The notes under the pieces are model-generated. The model was given only the letters and a program-made list of their open reading frames with translations, was not told the origin of the DNA and searched no databases. A program made the position numbers and the translations under genes. Below are positions 8,981 through 19,770 of a stretch of 42,996 nt of DNA, in pieces (the stretch's first letter is position 1; each line of letters starts with the position of its first letter). Source of the DNA: Octopus sinensis (taxonomy: Eukaryota); NCBI RefSeq assembly GCF_006345805.1, contig NW_021835039.1, forward strand, positions 1 through 42,996. Reading direction: 5' to 3'.

Positions 8981-10799
8981 ATAATAATAATAATAATAAT
9001 AATAATAATTATCATTATTATTATTATCATTATTTAGTAAGTTATCGTGTTGTGTTTATTGCAAAGGCCATAATTAAATTTGATTAGAAAATTAATTTCA
9101 ATCTACTTTTAAATCGATGTTTCACTTTTGGGAATGCAAATGCTTTTTTTTTATTTTTATATTTTCAGTCACAGACGAAAAAATAAATAAATAAATACCA
9201 GTAAGAAACAACTCGAAACAGTCACGACGACATAGTTTAATGAAGTCATCCGTATTCTTGGCACACCGTGCCGCATCATCTCTGCTGCTCAATTTGATAC
9301 GATATAACTCATCCTGCTAATTATGCTACAACAGATTCAATTACATTTTCTCGTTATTAAGTCTCACTTGATTTACTTTCATCTTTACAGTCTTCAGGTT
9401 GTTTTATTATCTATTTAAATTTTTTCTGCTTCATGAATTAGCTTTCTAAGCCATTCGCCGCTCCATTTCTTATTTTATTAGTTGACATTTAACCTTGTTT
9501 ACTGTTACTTTTATTGCGTTATTTAAAGGTGAATTTTCAAAATACGTGTTTATCATACTAGCGTGAAAATAATTCTACTTGGACAGCCGAAACTTTCATG
9601 TATACGCTTCGAAAATGTGTTATATGTCTAGTTTATCTACCTATATTGATTAAAGAACGAAAGCAAAGAAGAGTTCCGAAAGTCATATAAGCTTCGTAAG
9701 GAAATTACTTTTACAAATCATTTAAGAAAAGCCAATATCGTGAAATAGAACCCATTTGTTTCAATATAAATTTTCTGCTCGATATAGAAATAAAGTTTTC
9801 CTTTCTGGTTAAGATCAAAAACAAAAATGAAAATAAGACTTTTAATAATTGAATTCTTAGATATTGTCTTTTCTGTTACAGTAAACGAACTAGATTCATG
9901 AATTGATATAAATTCTTGCCAAATATTATGCAAGAACATGACGGATAATGAAATGACTCTAATTTAATCTGATTTGATTTTGATCAAATTATTTACGCTA
10001 AAGGTAATGAACATTTTCTTGCGGGAAAAGAACTTCTTTTATGCTATCCTAATGCCTGAGTTTTTCGACCAATTTCTACTTGGCCAAATGATATTCTGGT
10101 CATTAATCGATTAACTTACTGGAGATTTTGATCCATTTATTCAAGCTGTATGTAACCGAATATTGTCATTCATGCTAAAGCCCTCTTTCTTTTTAATGGT
10201 ATCATTATTTTACTGCTTTTTAACATTTTCTACAGGGCTTCGTAATACCTCTGAAAGGCCTTTCCGTAATTAGTTGATTAATGGACCAAACAACGTTTTA
10301 TAAACCAGTTTTCTCCCATTATTCTATACACATAAATCGTAGCTTACTATATATGCACCGTCAGTTATTGTAAAGGATCCATGCGCTTTTGCAAGTAAGA
10401 ATCCGGTTCATAAAAGTTACGAGTTATGGCGTAAAAGCAGTTCTACTTGAAATTCTGTCAAAATTGAAAGAAAAAACAAATAGATTTTGTTAAACTATTC
10501 ATAAAGAGGCAATTTTGTATTGCTGTTTATCTTTCGAAGATTATTTAAGCATAACACAATTCTCAAAGTCTTCACCCCTAACCACAATAATAAATTTTGA
10601 AACGATTCATAAATGTCATCTTCACCTGCAGTATTTGGTTATCTAAAATTCTAAACCATTATTCGGAATAAATTCGTTTGGTAATTGATTCGTATTATCA
10701 GAGTTTACGAGAAAATGTGCTCACGATTATTAGACTATACTTTGCATGTGTATCGCTTATGTCATGTTTGATGATGTACAGCCCCAGGTTGAATTTTTC

Positions 10800-10960
10800 C
10801 AGTCAGAAAATGTGCTGGGGGGACAGCAGATATAGCAGGAACTGTTATCAGAACTGAATAGCCAAAACGTAGTGAAAATAGAGAAAGTTAAATGTGGTGA
10901 ATATGGAGGCCAAGTGAAGCTGATCATGTTATTCAACATATTGCTTATACAGAAGGAAAG
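10800..10960 (-). pseudogene. Very decayed mariner transposase fragment
   Basis: WPPYSPHL resembles the mariner HPPYSPDLAPSDFHLF motif; an adjacent frame gives FHYV. Confidence 0.4.
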
Positions 10961-11140
10961 TTTAATTTCCTTGCTGGAGTGAAATGTCATTGTAAACTTG
11001 TAGAAAATATATGACTTAAAAAACTATTGTGGATGTGTTTAATTCAGTGTGGCCTCTTAAGCAAATAACATTGGGTCAAATAATACAGTGAGTGTGAAAG
11101 CAAGAAGATGGAAATTAAGAACAACTGCAACCCACGCACA

Positions 11141-11202
11141 TACATGGGCACACGCATGTATATGCATACATATACACACATAGATACACATGCACATACA
11201 CA

Positions 11203-11246
<44 letters not shown>

Positions 11247-11500
11247 CATACACACACACACATATATATATATAAATATACATACACATATATATATACA
11301 TACTGGCGTGCAACTCTATGTGGATATATATATACATACACAAAGATATACAACTATTTATACACATACATATATGTGTATATAAGCACAAGTATATACA
11401 TACATATATGTATGCACACACACACATATATATATAAGTTTATAAGTAAATATAAATAACACGCGCATGCCTTACACACACACACATACATTCGCACACA
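11141..11500. repeat. Mixed (CA)n/(TA)n low-complexity tract
   Basis: Directly visible; source of several spurious ORFs. Confidence 0.9.
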
Positions 11501-12288
11501 ACCGCACTCATTCATGCATTCGTTTTACTGGAAATCAGTCAAAGATAAGCCTTTAGGTCACTTCAGGGCAATGGCATCAATGTCGAATGAACATAACATA
11601 TGCATGAATATTTAAGACAGCAAATGAAAGGCGACTACAATAGATACATAGTTTAAATGAAATGCATTAAGATGGTAATAAACGGACTAATTAAAGAGAT
11701 GTTCAGAATAGAATAATACAACAAATGAGAAGACAGTAAAAGGTTTTATGTAAAGAAATAAATTGAGATGCTGGTAAAGAGTCGCATAAAATGTTAAAAT
11801 GGCGGAAATTGCAAAAAAACCTACGCAACGCACTTATCAACCTTGAATTTAGAAAGTTCAAGGTTATACTCTGCCTGAATGCCATAAGAAAAGAGTTCAG
11901 TCTTTAATGAAGCTATTTTGGAGTAGAAAGTAGCAAAAAAAAAAAAAAAAAAAGAAAAGGCAAATGTTTGCTTGTAACTCGCAGCATGTCTGTGAGATAT
12001 CCAGGTAGCACTAACGCGATTCTCTAAGCATAGCAAATCGATTTCTCATAGAAGTTCCCGGACCGAATGGACAAAAGAATGATGATTATTTGAAAGACGT
12101 CCATAAACATTTGGCTGGTGTATAATCTTATCGAAAAGTCTCATATACAACGTTTAAGCTAAATGCTTAACCATTCTCTTTAAATCATATTTACCAATCA
12201 AGTTTGAAATTTAAAATTAAATGTAATTTATTTAACCTTTTACCGGAAACTCAAATCGAAATATTAACGGGATACATACACACACACA

Positions 12289-12671
12289 GGTGATCGCTTA
12301 TCAGCTTTAAGCTTATAAAATATTATTATAAACAGAATTGTAAAACTCGGCACCGCTTATCAGATCATCGGCGAAAGCGCACATCCTAGTTTGTTTATAA
12401 CAACAACTCTATGGAATTATTGTTCTTTGATCTGACAGAAAGAGGTGAGTGGGTATGTTGGTGTAAATGTTAGCACGCTTGTCGCGAAAACATAGATTTG
12501 AGCATTCGAGTCTCACTCATACGAAAAATCCACTTTTTCCTGTCGAGGGTTTATATTCCCCAATATTAGACTATTTACTTTAGTCAAGACACGGTGATCG
12601 CTTATAAGCCTTAAGCTAATAAAATATTATTTACAAAACTGTAAAACTTGGCACCGCTTAGTAGTTCATCG
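12289..12671. repeat. Two ~80-bp direct repeats (12289-12370, 12593-12671) enclosing a tRNA-like sequence
   Basis: GGTGATCGCTTA...AAAATATTA...TGTAAAACT(C/T)GGCACCGCTTA...TCATCG occurs twice with a 304-bp period. Confidence 0.85.
12452..12523 (+). pseudogene. Degenerate tRNA-like cloverleaf (tRNA pseudogene or SINE head)
   Basis: Acceptor GTATG/CATAC, D-arm GTGT/GCAC, anticodon arm TGT-CGCGAAA-ACA, T-arm TGAG-CATTCGAGT-CTCA, TTTTT about 10 nt downstream; lacks U33 and a canonical T-loop. Confidence 0.4.
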
Positions 12672-12672
12672 C

Positions 12673-12674
<2 letters not shown>

Positions 12675-12747
<73 letters not shown>

Positions 12748-12804
12748 ATATATATACATATATATGTATATATATATATATATATAATATATATATATAT
12801 ATAT

Positions 12805-12859
<55 letters not shown>

Positions 12860-12866
12860 ATATATA
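12675..12866. repeat. (CT)n-(TA)n compound microsatellite
   Basis: Directly visible. Confidence 0.95.
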
Positions 12867-13042
12867 GTTACTCCAAACATGAACAAAGAGAACAAGTATA
12901 GTGTTATTGGACGCTCAGGAGAGGAAAGAATGAAGGAGTATTTAACGTTTCGAGCGGAGCTCTTCGTCAGAAACATAGAAAAAGGAAAGGTCCAAGGAAG
13001 GGAAGACGGAGAAAGAAACTCGCCAACGATACACACGCGGTC
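12866..13042 (-). mobile_element. Non-autonomous Penelope-like repeat carrying a minimal hammerhead (copy 1)
   Basis: Reverse complement homologous to 42487-42683; both sit between microsatellites. Confidence 0.8.
12939..12975 (-). ncRNA. Predicted minimal type-I hammerhead ribozyme
   Basis: Minus strand TGTTT-CTGACGA-A-GAGC-TCC-GCTC-GAA-ACGT-T-AAATA: helix I 5 bp (one GU), helix II 4 bp, palindromic ACGT, GUU triplet. Confidence 0.6.
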
Positions 13043-13053
13043 GCACACACCCG

Positions 13054-13085
<32 letters not shown>

Positions 13086-13198
13086 CACATTTTTCTACTT
13101 TCCATATCCACCAACATAAACTTTCTCATTTATAACGCCTGTATTCATAATGCTCTGAAAAAGTAACATTCCCAAAGAGAGTGCACTTCATATTCAAT

Positions 13199-13277
13199 GC
13201 TCTGATGAAGCTATAGGATGTTACCCTGGTACTTAATTAACAGCCCACTACATCTTGTATCAGAAACAGCTGTAAGC
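13199..13277 (+). ncRNA. Predicted type-I hammerhead with long helix II, partly degenerate
   Basis: GCT/AGC helix I, CTGATGA 13202-13208, helix II TATAGGATGT/ACATCTTGTA (10 bp, 2 GU), GAAA 13263-13266, palindrome ACAGCTGT 13266-13273, GUA triplet; base of helix II mismatched. Confidence 0.6.
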
Positions 13278-13401
13278 TAATGAAGTTCATTGCATAGCAT
13301 TTGGTCACCTCTGGTCTCATCTCTTTGATTTCTATTACCACTCTATACGCATATAACATTGTGTTCTGGACCAAACTTTTGAGTTCTACATCAGGTTATT
13401 A

Positions 13402-13943
13402 TTGGGTTGTCCGGAAAGTTCGTGCCGATTTATAGTAGCTTAACTTTAGACTTATTTTAGAACATGGTTGAGTCCATAAAATAGGATTTGACTACACCTC
13501 TATTTAGAGCAGGGTTTAAGCTATCTTTTCGTGGAAGAAGGTTTATGTTCCTATAACCTGTGTTAATTCTGTAACCCTTTAAAATGGAAGATAAGAAAGT
13601 TCATTTTCAGCACTTGATGCTCTGGAAACCAGACAAAAATTGCTGCAACTCGGCTGGGATGTGTTACCCTACCATCCATATTCACCAGATATTGCTCCTT
13701 TGGATTTCCACTTATTCAGGTCTCTGCAGAATAATCTTGATGGTAAAACTTTCAATTCCTTGGATGACGTAAAAAGATACCTTGATGAATTCTTAGCCAT
13801 GAAACCACCGCAATTCTGGGAAGAGGGCATTTTCAAGTTAAAGGAAAGATGGAGACGCATTGTGCAACAAAATGGTTCATATATGGTTGATTAAAAATGT
13901 AACGGCAAGTATTTATTGACCTTTTTCCTTCCGGACAATCCAA
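13402..13943 (+). mobile_element. Internally deleted mariner transposon with both TIRs and TA target duplication
   Basis: TA|TTGGGTTGTCCGGAAAG ... CTTCCGGACAATCCAA|TA; N-terminus MEDKKVHFQHLML joined out of frame to C-terminus QLGWDVLPYHPYSPDIAPLDFHLFRSLQN...ERWRRIVQQNGSY (YSPDxAPxD mariner motif). Confidence 0.95.
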
Positions 13944-13966
13944 TAGTCACGCTATGCCTAAGCGAA

Positions 13967-13968
<2 letters not shown>

Positions 13969-14023
<55 letters not shown>

Positions 14024-14036
14024 TACACACACACAC
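13969..14036. repeat. (CA)n microsatellite
   Basis: Directly visible. Confidence 0.95.
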
Positions 14037-14051
14037 AAAGAAACACACACA

Positions 14052-14213
14052 TATGGTGAACTAGCAGAATTGTTAATAGCTGGGAGTTAACTTTGCCTTT
14101 CATCCTTTTTGGGGCGATAAAATAAGTACCATTTGAGCATTGGAGATCGATGATGTAATCGACTTACACCTTCTCCCAAAATTGCTAGCCTTGTGCCAAA
14201 GTCTGAAACCATT
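14052..14213 (+). mobile_element. SINE family A with internal deletion
   Basis: GGTGAACTAGCAGAAT head joined to ACTTTGCCTTTCATCCTTT core and GCCTTGTGCCAAAGTCTGAAACC tail. Confidence 0.8.
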
Positions 14214-15111
14214 TTCATTATTTTAACACTAGAAATAGTATAATATTAGGGCATTTAAAATCCCCGATGAGGAAAAAATTGACATTAGTACTCGTGGGAA
14301 GGGAACCTGCACCTCTTACCTTCGCGATAAATGTGCTAATTACACCAACATACCCCACCCCTATTTTCCATTTGATTTAAGAACTAGGGCTTCATAGTTA
14401 GTTAACAACTAAGGTTTCAGTGTGTAAACGTGCGTATTCTGCTTAAATTAACAAACGGTGACGACTAAACATTTTGTAAATATGATTATTAGCCTTCACT
14501 GTGTATTGACTATTAAAATAGTCTGGCGTTAGAGTTTATAAACCTCCGACGGAAAAATTTGGGATTAGTTCGGATTAGTACGCGGATTAGTACGCGTGGG
14601 AATGGAACTCACAATCGACACCATATATCGATATCTTCAGTAAATCAACCAAATATTTGCCAAGAATTATTTAGTGCACGTACGTTAGATTTTTCTTCTA
14701 ATTGCAACTCAGTGACAGGCGAAAATCTTTATGACCATAAAATCTTCACCACGTCTCACAGAATATACCACCTAGGCTAAGAACATGTCTCATACTTACT
14801 GAAGCTAAAAATCGATATTTGATGGTTATCAAAGGTTAAGCACTTAATTCTGAGGTAAAACATTAATATTCATTTTGATATGAATCACTGTCAGTATTTT
14901 GAGTTTATTCTCTTTGGGTTGTATTATAGGAATATATTATTACGTTCTGCTTAAAAATTACCACTAAGATCTCCATTCTGAAATTACACCCAAATGTACG
15001 CACGCGCGCGCGCAATCACACATATGTATGTGCAAATGTGTGTAATAATATAATATTATGCATTAATACAAACATACACATGCACACACATACACACACA
15101 CACATATTTTG

Positions 15112-15275
15112 TATTTATATTAAAGGAATTGCTACACATAAATGCCTCACACTAGGAAGGACTCTTAAAGTCAAGAACTACCATAATAAACATAGTATAA
15201 TTATGGTAGTTTTCTACTTTAAGAGTCCCTCCTAGCGTGTGGCATTTATGTATAGTATTCCCCTTGATATAAATA
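15112..15275. repeat. Fold-back (MITE-like) inverted repeat, ~75-bp arms, 12-nt loop
   Basis: 15131-15187 is the approximate reverse complement of 15200-15256, with looser extension outward; a partial second copy of the arm lies at 25338-25367. Confidence 0.9.
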
Positions 15276-15367
15276 AATGTATATAAAGGGAATAATTAAT
15301 GAATTTTTCCTTATGAGGTTTTTCACGCTAACAACCTAAATTCTTATAAAGATTTTATCCTATTTTA

Positions 15368-15410
<43 letters not shown>

Positions 15411-16833
15411 GTGTGTGTGTGTGTGTATGTCTGTATGTGTGTGTGTGTGTGCTATCGTGGTTGGTGATGAGATAGTCGCAGGAAACCAGACAACCTTGTT
15501 CTGTTTAGCTCTATCTAACCACTTCTTTTATTCCAGGGGGTATTTTCGTTTTTTTTTTCGTAGATAATTGACAATATAATTGATCAAAGAATACCGGTGG
15601 GGGGCGGTATAATCACCTAAAACCGTTGACAGCGCTTACTCAACCGACGTCAATGTCTAATAAATGAAATTAATAAAAGGAACTATATTGAAATTAAAAT
15701 CTTGACAAGGAAATATTTTATAAAAAAAAATAGTAAATTCACAACAAATATTTGACAATTTCATAAAAAATATACATTAAATAAATAGAAATGTGTCTTC
15801 TTATGCCCTAAATCATTTTAACAACTTTTATATTTCTGCACGACCAAACATTCTGAACAAATTTTATGTCGTTTGGAATTAAATCTTACTGAAACGCAAA
15901 TTCAATCGCTTTCAAAGATAACCACGTATCTGAGACGTTCATGCGGAAGTACGTGTATGTTTGAGATATGTAAGGTGAAATATCTAGAGTTAAATGTCTT
16001 TATCAAGAACGTATTGTAACATATTAAGTGGAAGGAACAGCTCAAGATATACTTGGTAAGTACTTATTTCTGACATGATCAGGTCAATACTCTGTATTCA
16101 ATTGCCTTAAAACTTCGTAAATTTCTTAAAATTGAATATGATTGTCATTTGTATTATCGAAGCGGAGGAATGTACTAAATTTCTTGAATTCTGCAGAATT
16201 TTTCTATCAGTTCCTAATCTCTCTCACGCTCATCGACAACATTTAAAATTGGAGAAATAAATGTAGCGTAATGAAGTTTATTCCAAACGCAGTGAGTTGG
16301 TGAGATCAGTTAAATGTAGGACAAATAGCACACTTCTATAACTTAGTTACACCGTGACTCTAATCCTTCTTAGGTCGGAGACATTTAAGTTATTGCGTTC
16401 AATTCAATCGCTTATTCTGAAAGCGATAAGAAAGTTCATTCCATAATGTAACGATTTGGGAGTAATAAAAAGAAAGGAAAACAAGAACTGCATGGACCTT
16501 GCAGCATGTTCTTGAAGCATTCAGGAAGCACTGATGCGATTTTCTAAACAGCAAATCTATTTCTGAAGCACGTATTTTAGAAACCAACTATTTGTCACGT
16601 TTCTTTACTTTCTGATTACAATATCAGCATTACTATTTTTCCAGGTAAAAAAAACAAACAAACAAAAAAAAAACAACACAAAAATAAGTCCAATAAGGAA
16701 TTCGATTCAAGGATTTCGAGAGAAGAGAGGAGAAAACAGAGGTAGAATTTATTAGTATTAGTAAAGATATAGCAATAGTAGGCACTAATTTGAAAAGAGT
16801 CCAGTAGATGAAGTATAATTATTTGTACTATAG

Positions 16834-16894
16834 TGATCCTGAACAATATGTTTGCAGTGAGAAAGACAAATGTTTGTTCGTAGCCTTCAAAAGT
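16834..16894 (+). CDS. Candidate coding exon (phase 2 to 0): DPEQYVCSEKDKCLFVAFKS
   Basis: TTTGTACTATAG acceptor, GTAAGT donor at 16895, one open frame. Confidence 0.3.
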
Positions 16895-16907
16895 GTAAGT
16901 TACCTTG

Positions 16908-17279
16908 TTATGTCCGAAATAGCGAAGACGGAGGTATTGTTTTCAGTCGTGTTTGTTTGCTTGTTTGTCCGCGGACAAGATAAATCAAGAACTGCTGGAT
17001 GAATTCGGATGAAACTTTCAAGGATGTTTAGCCTTGTGACTGGCACGAACTGATTAAATTTTGGGATCAATCCGGTACCGGACGAGGATTCTCGATTATT
17101 TTTCTTGTTGTTTTACTTAATTTTTGAGAGCGCTCGGGTTCATTTTTAGCATTCTCGTTTGTGAGAGCAGTTGAGTTTATTTCAGATATTCTCATTCTAA
17201 AAATAATCTCCGGATAATCGTTGAGAGGACGTTGGTGCTGCCTTGGCGGAGGTTTGCGCTTTCTGAGAGCTTTTTTTGT
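16908..17279 (+). mobile_element. Helentron-associated (HINE/DINE-1-like) non-autonomous element
   Basis: 5' TCCG..ATAGCGAAGACGGAGGTATTGTTTTCAG with GTTT microsatellite; 3' sub-TIR CCTTGGCGGAGG, terminal stem-loop GCGCTTTCTGAGAGC and T-rich end. This is the known DINE-1/HINE architecture. Confidence 0.7.
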
Positions 17280-17740
17280 AACGAGATTGTCCTAAGAATA
17301 GTTTGGAAAGGTAGTTGATCAGAGACAGCGATGTGGTAATGGTTTCGTTCGAATAATACTCTGAAGCGGACGAAGTTATGAGAAATACGTATATGAGAGA
17401 ATGGAATAATTGAGTAAGAACTCTGAAGAGAATGAGTTCATACTGGATGACTTGTTTCATGATCTCCGTTTCGATATTCCAGATCTGATTGCTGCAGTCT
17501 TGGATGGCATGTACTGCAATTGATAGCAGAATAGTAGAATTGGAAGATGTGTACGCGCAAGAACTGCTAGCCACAAAATTTGAAGAAAAGAGAAGGCGAA
17601 CGGAAAACTTGGTGTCGATGAAAAGACCAATGATGTTGGTGTCTTTTGAGGGTTAGATAAGGAGACGGTTAAAATTATGAGACTGTCTGTCGAAATCAAC
17701 TACAACTGAATCTTTGGAGTCACAATCAATTTTTATCTGT
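17280..17740 (-). pseudogene. Decayed coding remnant, possibly a Penelope-like ORF N-terminus, truncated by the HINE
   Basis: About 150 codons in one minus frame with a single stop (17653-17655); higher GC than flanks; resemblance to Penelope N-termini is by eye only. Confidence 0.3.
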
Positions 17741-18041
17741 AAAAATAGATATGAGACTTCTTTCATTAATATTCTTCAGTTAATATTTGAGGTAGTTCTA
17801 ATATACTACATAAAAAGGAGCATTGATATATATGTGCGTACATACATATTTGCGCACAATGTAAGTATGTATGTATATGTATAAATATTTTATTACTTAT
17901 ATATTATGCAGTTATATGTTTTATGTAGTTATATAGTAAAAATCACACACACTAACACATGTATTTACGTTATATTTTGTTTTCCAAGTTGATTTCGTTC
18001 TTCACCCGAATATTTGTAGGTTCAAGTAATTCAATATTTTG

Positions 18042-18079
<38 letters not shown>

Positions 18080-18321
18080 TTGTTGCAAATAAAGAAATAT
18101 GATCACTTGGTAGGGTTGTTAGAATATCGAATCACATGTCTTCTGGAACTTAGTTGTTACTCATTGGGTTTGAGTACAAACCCTACCGAGGTCAACTTTG
18201 CTTTTAATCTTTCTGGAACTAATATAATATATCATATACGGGAGTAGTTGTAGTCAAGTAAATTGGAGCCCAGCAAAAACGTCGGCTCCAATACCTCTTC
18301 CTATCATCATGATATTGTAAT

Positions 18322-18800
18322 AAGGTAGTGAGCTGGCAGAATCTTTAGCACGGTGGAAAAAATGCTTTCCGGCATTTCACACGACTTTACGTTCTGAGTT
18401 CTAATGTTGCCGAGATCGTCTTTACCTTTTCATCCTTTCGGGGTCGATAGGAAAAGTAAGAGTTGAGTACTGGGGGTGGGGGGGGGTGGGGTTGATGTAA
18501 TCAACTTTCCTACCGCTCACATTTGTTAGCCTTGTGCCAAAATAAAAAAAGGGTCATTATGTTTTGTGATAAGGTGGTGAGCTGGTAGATTCGTCAGTAC
18601 ATTGGACAAAATGCTTAGCAAAATTTCGTACATTATTGTGTTCTGTTTAAGCGTTGCCGAGGTCGACTTTGTCTTTCTTCCTTTCGAGGTCGATAAATTA
18701 GATATCAGTTGATCACCGTTTTCAATTTAATCGACTTATCCGCCTCTCAAAATTTGCTGGCCTTGTTTCAAAATAATAAAGGGTTATTACGTCTTGTGAC
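18322..18800 (+). mobile_element. Two tandem diverged SINE family A copies sharing a ~25-bp spacer
   Basis: Copies at 18322-18550 and 18571-18780, each followed by GGGT(C/T)ATTA(T/C)GT(T/C)TTGTGA. Confidence 0.85.
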
Positions 18801-18939
18801 GTTTCTTTAAGAACCCAACTGTCGCAGAATATGATCAATTAAAACGCTGTGGACATCTGTCAAAACCTTACGTGTCTCATAATGTTGAAATATCTCTGAC
18901 ACTAACGTAACAGACGCGGCATTATTCTCTATTATGAAG

Positions 18940-19549
18940 AAAGTGAGCTGGCAGAAACGTTAGCACGCCGGGCGAAATGCGTAGCCGTATTTCGTCTGCC
19001 GCTACGTTCTGAGTTCAAATTCCGCCGAGGTCGACTTTGCCTTTCATCCTTTCGGGGTCGATTAAATAAGTACCAGTTACGCACTGGGGTCGATATAATC
19101 GACTTAAACCGTTTGTCTGTCGCTGTTTGTCCTCTCTTTGTTTAGCTCCTTGTGGGTAGTAAAGAAATAGGTATTTCGTCTGCCGTTACGTTCTGAGTTC
19201 TAATTCCGCTGAGGTCGACTTTGCCTTTCATCCTTTCGGGGTCGATAAATTAAGCACCACTTACGCACTGAGGTCGATGTAATTGACTTAACCTGTTTTT
19301 CTGTCACTGTTTGTCCTCTCTATGTTTAGCTCCTTGTGGGCAATAAAGAAATAAGAAACGTTAGCACGCCGGGCGAAATGCTTAGCGATATTTCGTCTGC
19401 TGCTACGTTCTGAGTTCAAATTTCGCCGAGGTCGACTTTGCCTTTCAACCTTTCGGGGTCAATAAATTAAGTACCAGTTGCGTATTGGCGTCGATCTCAT
19501 CGACTGGTCCTCCCCCAAAATTTCGGGCCTTGTGCTTAGAGTAGAAAAG
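18940..19549 (+). mobile_element. SINE family A trimer with 12-bp TSD
   Basis: Three head-to-tail units each with TACGTTCTGAGTTC.AATT.CGC.GAGGTCGACTTTGCCTTTCA; ATTATTCTCTAT at 18921-18932 and 19550-19561. Confidence 0.95.
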
Positions 19550-19770
19550 ATTATTCTCTATCATAATCTTTAGTCATTTATCTAAACTTTTTCTTTAGAA
19601 TACTTTGATGAATTAGTTAAGGAATTTTATTCTTGTCATCTCTTTACGACAAGTTATCTTTCGAACCAAAAAACTAGAAAATGTTTTTCACTACATTGCC
19701 TTGGCTTAATCTTTAAGATTGAACTTAGGGAGATTACTCCTGATATATATTTTGCAATTGTAATTATTTA

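Noticed and set aside
11839-11865. AACCTTGAA/TTCAAGGTT hairpin
   Set aside because: Only 9 bp in AT-rich DNA, no supporting context.
12595-12630. Resemblance to the U2 snRNA 5' end (ATCGCTT...GCCTT...GCTAA)
   Set aside because: Too short and gapped; branch-point recognition and Sm sites absent.
15454-15530. C/D snoRNA (GTGATGA box C)
   Set aside because: No CTGA box D or terminal stem at a suitable distance.
15590-15655. Promoter (GGGGCGG box, CGACGTCA)
   Set aside because: Isolated short motifs with no CpG island or TSS evidence.
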